A stretch of DNA of 24,211 nt. It comes from a virus (lineage: Duplodnaviria; Caudoviricetes). Within the stretch, counting starts at the first letter, position 1. Each line of letters starts with the position of its first letter. A program made the translations under genes and the position numbers. Positions 1 to 7,101 of this stretch are shown here, piece by piece. The notes beneath the pieces were generated by a model. It did no database searches. It was not told the DNA's origin and was given only the letters and a program-made list of their open reading frames with translations. Location of the stretch: the IMG/VR virus record IMGVR_UViG_3300037424_000051, positions 1-24,211 of that record. The stretch is one strand, 5' to 3'.

Positions 1-2
1 CG

Positions 3-1322
3 AGCATCCGCGAGTTCGGTTGGACGAATCCTGTCCTGGTCGATGGCGAGAACGGAATCATCGCCGGCCACGGCCGCGTGCTGGCAGCCCGCAAGCTCAA
101 CGTCGACGAAGTGCCGGTCATCGAGCTGTCGCACATGAGCGAGACGCAGAAGCGCGCCTACATCATCGCGGACAACAAGCTGGCAGAGCAGGCGGGCTGG
201 GATTCTGAACTACTCTCGCTCGAGCTGGGCGCGCTGCAGGCGGAAGGGTTCGACTTGGATCTGCTGGGTTTCGGCGATGCCGAGCTGGGCGATCTGCTGA
301 ACCTGAACGACGACACCGAGAGCGCGGCCACCGAGGCGCGCGCGACTCTGGCCGAGCGCTTCATGATCGCCCCCTTCACCGTGCTGGATGCCCGGCGCGG
401 CTGGTGGCAGGAACGCAAGCGCGCCTGGCTGGCCATGGGGCTGCGCTCAGAGGCCGGGCGTGACGAGCTGCTGACGTTCTCGCAGTCCTCGCAGCCGCCG
501 GCCGTGTATGAGGCCAAGAACTGCTACGAGGCGAAGATCGGCCGCGATGTGTCGTGGGACGAGTTCTTCGCTGCCAACCCGGACACCAGGGCCCAGACCG
601 GCACCAGCATCTTCGACCCAGTGCTGTGCGAGCTGGCCTACCGGTGGTTCTCCCCCGCCGGCGGCATGATCCTTGACCCGTTCTCGGGCGGATCGGTGCG
701 CGGCATCGTGGCAGCCAAGACGGGCCGTCCATATGTCGGCTGTGATCTGCGGCCGGAACAGGTCGAGGCGAACCGCGAACAGTGGGTCGGCCTGGGTGAC
801 GACGAATCAACAGCACCGGCATGGCACTGCGGCGACAGCCGGCAGATCGACCAGCATTGCGCCGGCGTGGAAGCGGACATGGTGTTTTCCTGCCCGCCAT
901 ATGCCGACCTGGAGGTCTACTCCGATCGCCCGGACGATCTGTCGAACATGGGCTACCCCGAGTTCGTCGCGGCCTACCGCGAGATCATCGCCAAGGCCGT
1001 GGCCATGCTGAAGCCCAACCGCTTCGCCTGCTTCGTGGTGGGTGAGGTGCGGGGCAAGGACGGCATCTATCGCAACTTTGTGGGCGACACCATCGCCGCC
1101 TTCGAGGACGCGGGCGCACGGTACTACAACGAGGCGGTGCTGATCACGGCGACCGGCTCGCTGGCCATTCGCGCCGGCAAGCAGTTCAGCGTCAGCCGCA
1201 AGCTCGGCAAGACGCACCAGAACGTACTGGTGTTCGTGAAGGGCGACCCGCGCAAGGCCACCGAGGCCTGCGGGATCGTGGATGTCGACGACAGCCTATT
1301 CGAGGCTGAAGCGGTCGAGTAA
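3..1322 (+). CDS. ParB/Srx N-terminal domain fused to amino-(N4C/N6A) DNA methyltransferase, 5' end outside window
   Basis: Frame is open from base 3: SIREFGWTNPVLVDGENGIIAGHGRVLAA...AYIIADNKLAEQAGWD (ParB-like); ILDPFSGGS (SAM-binding motif I variant) and FSCPPY (motif IV variant). Confidence 0.88.
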   Translation, partial: SIREFGWTNPVLVDGENGIIAGHGRVLAARKLNVDEVPVIELSHMSETQKRAYIIADNKLAEQAGWDSELLSLELGALQAEGFDLDLLGFGDAELGDLLNLNDDTESAATEARATLAERFMIAPFTVLDARRGWWQERKRAWLAMGLRSEAGRDELLTFSQSSQPPAVYEAKNCYEAKIGRDVSWDEFFAANPDTRAQTGTSIFDPVLCELAYRWFSPAGGMILDPFSGGSVRGIVAAKTGRPYVGCDLRPEQVEANREQWVGLGDDESTAPAWHCGDSRQIDQHCAGVEADMVFSCPPYADLEVYSDRPDDLSNMGYPEFVAAYREIIAKAVAMLKPNRFACFVVGEVRGKDGIYRNFVGDTIAAFEDAGARYYNEAVLITATGSLAIRAGKQFSVSRKLGKTHQNVLVFVKGDPRKATEACGIVDVDDSLFEAEAVE

Positions 1323-1535
1323 GGCCGCGCGGCCGGCGTCTTTCATGGCCTCGATGTCCTTGCCGAGCTGCGCGTAGAAGCCTGGATTGGTGTAGGCGCC
1401 GTGGGCGCCGAGGATCGCGCCGCGGTGCTGATCCAGGCGGGGGAAGCGCGCAGCGATGCGGATTGCTTCCTGCCAGCGTCCAGCGGTCATGTGTTCCTTG
1501 ACGATCGAGGCTTTCGAGCGAGGTTTGTTGTCCAT
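1296..1535 (-). CDS. Small hypothetical protein, 79 aa (MDNKPRSKASIVKEHMTAGRWQEAIRIAARFPRL...)
   Basis: ATG at 1535-1533 preceded by GGAGA on the minus strand (complement of tctcc, 1541-1545); fills the gap between the methyltransferase and terS; protein-like helical composition; 27-nt convergent overlap with the methyltransferase end. Confidence 0.7.
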   Translation of the reverse strand: MDNKPRSKASIVKEHMTAGRWQEAIRIAARFPRLDQHRGAILGAHGAYTNPGFYAQLGKDIEAMKDAGRAALLDRFSLE

Positions 1536-1552
1536 TCGTGTCTCCGGGTAAT

Positions 1553-1669
1553 CGCGGCGCGGGCCTCTGGCTAGAGAGGCCCCGCCGTGCGCCGTGGCGT
1601 TTGCAGTTTTGAGCCCGCCAAAGCCACGGTTCAAACAGGCTGGCTTGGACTGTAAGGAGACGGCGCACG
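1553..1669 (+). promoter_or_regulatory. Two adjacent inverted-repeat structures upstream of terS
   Basis: GGGCCTCT (1561-1568) / AGAGGCCC (1575-1582); perfect 10-bp inverted repeat CGTGCGCCGT (1586-1595) / ACGGCGCACG (1660-1669) enclosing further G-U-containing pairing (1601-1615 with 1642-1655). Function unknown. Confidence 0.5.
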
Positions 1670-1688
1670 ACTTCAAGGGCAAAAGCAC

Positions 1689-2099
1689 ATGGCACGACCT
1701 TCTTTCGAACCGACCCCTGAGCAGCGCGACATGGTCGAGCAGCTGGCCGCGTTCGGCATTCCCCAGCCGGACATCGCTAACTTCGTAAAGGGCAAGAACG
1801 GCAAGACGATCACCGAGCGCACGCTGCGCAAGTACTTCCGCACCGAGCTGGACGGCGGATCGGTGAAGGCGAACGTCAAGGTCGCCAAGGGGCTGTTCAA
1901 GAACGCGGTGACGCCGACGGAGACCCACCCGGGCGGCAATCCGACATCACAGATTTTCTGGCTGAAGACGCGGGCAGGCTGGAAGGAAGCGCCGAAGCCG
2001 CTTGAGCTCACCGGCAAGGACGGCGCGCCGATCGAGCACACGGACATGACGCCGAGCGAGTTCCGCAAGATCGCCCAGCAGATCGCCGACGATGTATGA
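1689..2099 (+). CDS. terS: Terminase small subunit
   Basis: N-terminal HTH-like segment (GIPQPDIANFV...ITERTLRKYF), IFWLKTRAGWKE and ELTGKDGAPI motifs typical of TerS; ATGA overlap with terL. Confidence 0.82.
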   Translation: MARPSFEPTPEQRDMVEQLAAFGIPQPDIANFVKGKNGKTITERTLRKYFRTELDGGSVKANVKVAKGLFKNAVTPTETHPGGNPTSQIFWLKTRAGWKEAPKPLELTGKDGAPIEHTDMTPSEFRKIAQQIADDV

Positions 2100-3517
2100 C
2101 GCCCAAGGAAAGGCGTGTCGCCGCGGAGCTCGCGCGGACTGACCTGTACTTCTTCTCGCGCTGGATGTTCCAGCAGCGGCGCGGCTACAAGTGGAAGCGG
2201 GCCACGCATCACAAAGCCGTCTGTGATGCGCTCATGCGCGTGTTTCGGGGCGAGACGACGCGGCTGATCATCAACATCCCGCCGCGCTACTCGAAGACCG
2301 AACTGGCGGTGGTTAACTTCATCGCCTGGTCGCTTGGGCAGGTTCCTGATGCTGAGTTCATCCACACCAGCTACTCGTCGCCGCTGGCGATCAACAACAG
2401 CGTGCAGGTTCGCTCGCTGGTTCAGCACGAGGCCTTCGGCGAGATATTCCCGAAGTGCCGCACGGCCAGCGATGCCAAGGCGCACTGGACGACAACCAAC
2501 GGCGGCGTGATGTACGCAACCGGCGCCGGTGGCACGATCACCGGCTTCGGTGCTGGCAAGGATCGTCCCGGGTTCGGTGGCGCGATCGTGATCGATGATC
2601 CGCACAAGGCCGACGAGGCGCGCAGCGATGTTGTGCGCAATGGCGTCATCGAATGGTTCCAGAACACGCTGGAGAGCCGGAAGAACAGCCAGGACACGCC
2701 GATCATCCTGATCATGCAGCGCCTGCACGAGAAAGACCTCGCGGGCTGGCTGCTTGGCGGCGGCAACGGCGAGGAATGGGAGCACGTCTGCCTGCCGGCG
2801 ATCAACGAGGACGGCACGGCGCTCTGGCCTGAGAAACACAGCATCGAAGTCCTGCGCCGGATGAAGCAGGCGTCGCCGTATGTGTTTGCCGGCCAGTACG
2901 GGCAGTCGCCATCCGCACCCGAGGGCAACATCTTCCGCCCCGGCATGATCGAGGTGGTCAACGCGATCCCGGCCGGCACCCGCTTCGTGCGCGGCTGGGA
3001 CTTCGCGGCAACGCTCGACGGGGGCGACTGGACGGTGGGCGGCAAGCTGGGGCTGATGCCTGACGGCCGCTGGATCATTGCCGACATCGACCGCAGCCAG
3101 GGCGGCCCCCACGAAGTCAGGGCCACGGTCAAGAACACCGCCGCCCGCGACGGCCACGCGACGCGCATCCGCATCCCACAGGATCCAGGACAGGCCGGCA
3201 AGGCGCAGGCCGTCAACTTCACGGCAATGCTGTCCGGCTACACGGTCACCGCGCTCCCGGTCACAGGCGACAAAGTGACTCGCGCCGAGCCGTTCGCCTC
3301 ACAGGTGAACGTCGGCAACGTCGTGATGCTGAAGGCGGACTGGAACGACAAGCTGATCGAGGAAATGCGCATGTTTCCCAACGGCTCGAACGATGACCAG
3401 GTGGACGCGCTGTCGGATGCCTTCGCCGAGTTGAATGTCAACGCCTTCGGGCTGCTCGACCACATGAGCCAGGTCGTGGCCGGGATGGAGGCGGGCAAGG
3501 ATAAACGCCAGACCTGA
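2096..3517 (+). CDS. terL: Terminase large subunit
   Basis: Walker A variant INIPPRYSKT, Walker B IVIDDPHK, coupling motif IMQRLHEKDL, RNase H-like nuclease RGWDFA...DDQVDALS. Confidence 0.96.
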   Translation: MTPKERRVAAELARTDLYFFSRWMFQQRRGYKWKRATHHKAVCDALMRVFRGETTRLIINIPPRYSKTELAVVNFIAWSLGQVPDAEFIHTSYSSPLAINNSVQVRSLVQHEAFGEIFPKCRTASDAKAHWTTTNGGVMYATGAGGTITGFGAGKDRPGFGGAIVIDDPHKADEARSDVVRNGVIEWFQNTLESRKNSQDTPIILIMQRLHEKDLAGWLLGGGNGEEWEHVCLPAINEDGTALWPEKHSIEVLRRMKQASPYVFAGQYGQSPSAPEGNIFRPGMIEVVNAIPAGTRFVRGWDFAATLDGGDWTVGGKLGLMPDGRWIIADIDRSQGGPHEVRATVKNTAARDGHATRIRIPQDPGQAGKAQAVNFTAMLSGYTVTALPVTGDKVTRAEPFASQVNVGNVVMLKADWNDKLIEEMRMFPNGSNDDQVDALSDAFAELNVNAFGLLDHMSQVVAGMEAGKDKRQT

Positions 3518-3538
3518 TCAACAACCCCGGATAACCAA

Positions 3539-3835
3539 ATGCACACGGACGAAATCATCCAGGCCAAGCCAATTATCGAAAACTGGCACCACTGGCTGCC
3601 GTTCGCCGCCCTGATGGCCCGCGACGTCGTTCCGCAGAACCGGCCGATGGCGACCCGCCTTCTTGAGCAGGCCCTCGTCGGTCTCATCGCCGGAGGCGGC
3701 GGTGCGTATGGCGTTAACAGCAGCATGCAGGCAGTGCAGGCCGAACAGATTCAGGGCCTGAAAGAGCAGGTGCGTGACACTGAGACGCGGCTAACCGCCC
3801 AGATAGTCGAGCTAAGAGCGAGGCAACTGAAATGA
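3539..3835 (+). CDS. Putative holin-like membrane protein
   Basis: 98 aa with hydrophobic segment ALVGLIAGGGGAYGV followed by a coiled-coil-like tail; ATGA overlap with the peptidase gene. Holin role is inferred from position. Confidence 0.45.
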   Translation: MHTDEIIQAKPIIENWHHWLPFAALMARDVVPQNRPMATRLLEQALVGLIAGGGGAYGVNSSMQAVQAEQIQGLKEQVRDTETRLTAQIVELRARQLK

Positions 3836-4317
3836 ACGAACCAGCATGGTTGGCCGAAGCCCGTAAGCACATCGGCACACGGGAAATTCCAGGCGCCAAG
3901 CACGAGCCGAAGATTCTGGCCTGGTGGAAGGCCATCAAGCGCAGCGGCATCAAGACAGACGAAGTGCCGTGGTGTGCGGCCTTTGTTGGCGGATGCCTTG
4001 AGTCAGTGGGACTCATCTCCAGCCGCTTCGAAAGCGCCAAGTCCTACATGACGTGGGGCTCGCCGCTCAAGTATCCGGTTCCCGGATGCATAGCCGTGTT
4101 CAGCCGCGCAGGCGGCGGGCACGTGGGGTTCGTGGTGGCGGGTGACGGCAACGGCCGCCTGATGATCCTGGGCGGCAACCAGAGCGACCAAGTCAGCATC
4201 GCTCCGTTCGTTGAAAGCCGGGTCATCGGCTACCGCTGGCCGCGCGCGGTGCCGATCGTCAACAGCACGTTGTCGATCATTCGCAGCGCGCAGCGCAGCT
4301 CATCCAATGAGGCATAA
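3832..4317 (+). CDS. TIGR02594-family NlpC/P60-like cell wall peptidase (putative endolysin)
   Basis: PAWLAEARKHIGTREIPG, DEVPWCAAFV (catalytic Cys), GGHVGFV (His), LGGNQ and GYRWP motifs. Confidence 0.88.
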   Translation: MNEPAWLAEARKHIGTREIPGAKHEPKILAWWKAIKRSGIKTDEVPWCAAFVGGCLESVGLISSRFESAKSYMTWGSPLKYPVPGCIAVFSRAGGGHVGFVVAGDGNGRLMILGGNQSDQVSIAPFVESRVIGYRWPRAVPIVNSTLSIIRSAQRSSSNEA

Positions 4318-4327
4318 GGGGCGATCC

Positions 4328-4726
4328 ATGAAGGTATCCATCCGTCACGGCTTCCTCACCGAACTGACGACCACCAAGGTCAAGGAGGCTGGGGACACCG
4401 GCCGCGCCCGCTGGAAGCTGCTCTGTGAGCTGGCCTACAACAGCCAGATTCACGGCCTGATCATCGTCCCGGCCGGGTATGTGACCGACTTCGCGAGCGT
4501 GCCGCGTCTACCGTTCGCCTACTGGCTCACCGGCGACACAGCCCATGCATCGGCCGTGGTGCACGACTACCTGTGCAGCGTCGAATACCAGCGCTGCAAG
4601 ATCAGCTGGGCTCGCGCCGCCGCCGTGTTCCGCGAGGCAATGAAGCACGAGAAGGTGCCGGCATGGCGCCGCACGATGATGTATTGGGCTGTGCGCATGG
4701 CTTGCGGAAAAAGGAACTGCAAGTAA
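4328..4726 (+). CDS. DUF1353 domain protein
   Basis: VPAGYVTDFASVPR, AVVHDYLC, FREAM and MYWAVR motifs; ATG at 4328 follows AAGGGG (the ORF-track start at 4211 lies inside the upstream gene). Confidence 0.85.
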   Translation: MKVSIRHGFLTELTTTKVKEAGDTGRARWKLLCELAYNSQIHGLIIVPAGYVTDFASVPRLPFAYWLTGDTAHASAVVHDYLCSVEYQRCKISWARAAAVFREAMKHEKVPAWRRTMMYWAVRMACGKRNCK

Positions 4727-4841
4727 ATCGCCATCCGCTACGCGCACATGGCGGCGCAGCAAGATCAACCCAAACTGGAAAAGGCGAACACCATGCGGTT
4801 CATCAAGAAGCACGTCGGCGCCCTTATCGGCCAAATCCACC

Positions 4842-7037
4842 ATGCCTGAACGCAAATTTCTCGACTCCGGCCTCGTCGCCCGTGTCGCCGCGGGCTTTCG
4901 CTATGCGCTGACCGGCAACGCCCCGGACGAATGGTTCGGCCCGATGACGCCGCCCAGCCCGGCGGTCACGCAAGAAAATGCCGAAGCCGCAGGCCTCGCC
5001 GGGCGCCAGTTCGACTACCGCACCGGGCTCAACGTCGATTTTCGTCCACGGAGCGGCGAGGCGATCGGGTTCTCCGAACTGCGCGCGTTCTCCGACAACT
5101 ACGACCTGTTGCGCCTGGTGATCGAGACGCGAAAAGATCAGCTCTGTTCGTCTCAGTGGACGATCCAGCCGCGTGATGAAAAACTGAAAGATGACGCTCG
5201 CTGCAGGAAGGCGATCGAGTTCTTCCGCATGCCTGATCGCGAGCACGGCTGGGAAAGCTGGCTGCGGATGCTGCTGGAAGATCTGTTCGTGATCGATGCG
5301 CCGACGGTTTATGTCCGTCGCACGAACGGTGGTGAGTTGTACTCCCTAGAGCCGATCGACGGCGCGACCATTAAGCGCGTAATCGACGCGACGGGCCGCA
5401 CGCCGATTGATGGCACGGCCTATCAACAGATCCTCAAGGGCGTGCCGGCGGTGGACTACACCCGCGACGAGTTGATCTACAAACCCCGCAACCTGCGCAC
5501 GAACAAGGTATATGGGTTCAGCCCGGTCGAGCAGATCATCAACACGGTGAACATCGGCCTGCGTCGCCAGATCATGACGACCAGTTACTTCACCGAGGGC
5601 ACCGTTCCCGATGCGCTGGCCGGCGTGCCGGAGTCGTGGACGGTCGAGCAGATCAGCACGTTCCAGAAGTATTGGGACCAGCTGCTGTCCGACGACATGG
5701 CGAGCCGCCGCAAGCTGAAGTTCGTGCCCGGCGAAATCTCGAAGAACTTCCACGAGACGAAGCAGCCGCCGCTGAAGGACATGTTCGACGAATGGTTGGC
5801 GCGCATCGTCTGCTACTGCTTCAGCATCGACGTGACGCCCTTCGTCGCGCAGGTCAACCGCTCGGTGGCCGAAACGAACCGTGAGCAGAGCCTGGCCGAG
5901 GGCCGCGCGCCCATCGAGCAATGGGTGAAGTCGCTGATCGACATGGCGCTGGTCAAGTTCTTCGGCTGGGCCGATCTGGAGTTCGTCTGGCAGGAAGGCG
6001 AGATCGTCGACCCGATCAAGCGCGCCGAGCGCCACAAGTTGTATGTCGACGCCAAGGTGCTGCACCCCGACGAAGTACGCGCCGAGCTGGGCCGCCCTCC
6101 CCTGACGCCCGAGCAGAAGGCCGATATGACGCCTCCGCCCCCGCCGGCACTGGCACCGCCTGACGACGAAGAAGACGACCCGGACCAGCCTGACGGCGCC
6201 GGCAAAGAGATCGGCGGCAAGAAGGACGACAAGGCCCTGGGTAAAAAAAAAGCCCTACTGAAGCCGATCAACCGGGCGCGGCCAGCAGTCACGAAGGCTG
6301 CGGCAGCCATCCGGAAAACCACCCTCGACTACTTTGACGAGATCCGCGATTCGGTCGCGGAACAGCTTGGCAAGGCGCTGAACGACACCGGCAAGGCGGA
6401 CGACCCCGAGGACGACGAGGACGTCGTGACGACCATCATTGCCGGGCTCGACCTCGGCGAGTGGGCGCTGCTGGTTACGGTGCTCGGCACCGAACTTGCC
6501 GCGCTCTATGTCGAGGCCGCCAAGAAGGCCGCCCAGCAGATCGGCGCGAAGCTGTCGGTCGATGCGCTGGATCTGGCCAACGAGCATGCCATCGAATTTG
6601 CCCGCCAGCGCGCGGCCGAGATGGTCGGCATGAAGTGGGTGGACGGCGAGATGGTGCCGAACCCGGACGCACAGTGGCGGATCGACGAAGGCACGCGCGA
6701 GATGCTGCGTGGCGACGTGCGCCGGGCCCTGCAGGAAGGCTGGAGCAATGACCAGGTAGCCGAGGCACTGGCCGACAGCTACGCCTTCTCGGAAAAGCGG
6801 GCGCTGGTGATTGCCCGCACCGAGACAGCGCGCGCGGACATCGAGGGCAACCTGACCGGCTACCGCGAGCTGGGCGTCGCCAAGAAGCGGTGGCTCACCG
6901 CGCCGGACTGCTGCGACGAGTGCCACGAGATCGACGGCATGGTGGTGGGGATCGATGACGAATTCCCCGGCGGTGTCGGCGGCCCTCCGCTGCACCCGAA
7001 CTGCCGGTGCGACGTTTTACCCATCACGGACGACTGA
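4842..7037 (+). CDS. Portal protein (about aa 1-470) fused in frame to Mu gpF/SPP1 gp7-like head morphogenesis protein
   Basis: Portal motifs LEDLFVIDA, LEPIDGATI, YGFSPVEQI, YFTEGTVP, DEVRAELG; Pro/acidic linker; gpF motifs RALVIARTETARA, KRWLTAPDCCDEC, PPLHPNCRC. Confidence 0.9.
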   Translation: MPERKFLDSGLVARVAAGFRYALTGNAPDEWFGPMTPPSPAVTQENAEAAGLAGRQFDYRTGLNVDFRPRSGEAIGFSELRAFSDNYDLLRLVIETRKDQLCSSQWTIQPRDEKLKDDARCRKAIEFFRMPDREHGWESWLRMLLEDLFVIDAPTVYVRRTNGGELYSLEPIDGATIKRVIDATGRTPIDGTAYQQILKGVPAVDYTRDELIYKPRNLRTNKVYGFSPVEQIINTVNIGLRRQIMTTSYFTEGTVPDALAGVPESWTVEQISTFQKYWDQLLSDDMASRRKLKFVPGEISKNFHETKQPPLKDMFDEWLARIVCYCFSIDVTPFVAQVNRSVAETNREQSLAEGRAPIEQWVKSLIDMALVKFFGWADLEFVWQEGEIVDPIKRAERHKLYVDAKVLHPDEVRAELGRPPLTPEQKADMTPPPPPALAPPDDEEDDPDQPDGAGKEIGGKKDDKALGKKKALLKPINRARPAVTKAAAAIRKTTLDYFDEIRDSVAEQLGKALNDTGKADDPEDDEDVVTTIIAGLDLGEWALLVTVLGTELAALYVEAAKKAAQQIGAKLSVDALDLANEHAIEFARQRAAEMVGMKWVDGEMVPNPDAQWRIDEGTREMLRGDVRRALQEGWSNDQVAEALADSYAFSEKRALVIARTETARADIEGNLTGYRELGVAKKRWLTAPDCCDECHEIDGMVVGIDDEFPGGVGGPPLHPNCRCDVLPITDD
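6243..6251 (+). other. A9 homopolymer, candidate slippage/frameshift site at portal-gpF junction
   Basis: GGT AAA AAA AAA GCC CTA CTG A; +1 frame reads AAG CCC TAC TGA (stop 6259-6261); -1 frame stops at 6335-6337. Confidence 0.7.
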
Positions 7038-7057
7038 TCCACCGAGCAAACCCGAAC

Positions 7058-7087
7058 AGGCCCGCACAGCGCGGGCTTTTTCTTTTC
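7058..7087 (+). terminator. Rho-independent terminator after portal-gpF
   Basis: GCCCGC-acagc-GCGGGC stem-loop followed by TTTTTCTTTT. Confidence 0.7.
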
Positions 7088-7101
7088 TGGAGATCCACAC
7101 C

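Noticed and set aside
1626-1640. GGTTCAAA resembling a tRNA T-loop
   Set aside because: No cloverleaf, acceptor stem or CCA end could be built around it.
1536-1928. Upstream extension of the minus-strand ORF 1296..1928
   Set aside because: It overlaps terS antisense and the hairpin region; the RBS-supported start is at 1535.
1673-3157. 494-aa minus-strand ORF, and similar long antisense ORFs (8393-9985, 11409-12944, 15515-17428, 17519-19225, 20990-22348)
   Set aside because: They shadow well-supported + strand genes, have no motifs, and are expected from high-GC codon bias.
4727-4760. Translated IAIRYAHM resembling a tyrosine integrase C-terminal RYAH motif
   Set aside because: Four-residue match with no other integrase motifs; compatible with chance.
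6955-7101. ORF-track N-terminal extensions (6955, also 4211, 10618, 19189, 20514, 20969)
   Set aside because: They overlap upstream genes; RBS and ATGA/GTGA coupling support starts at 7102, 4328, 10891, 19768, 20607 and 21020.
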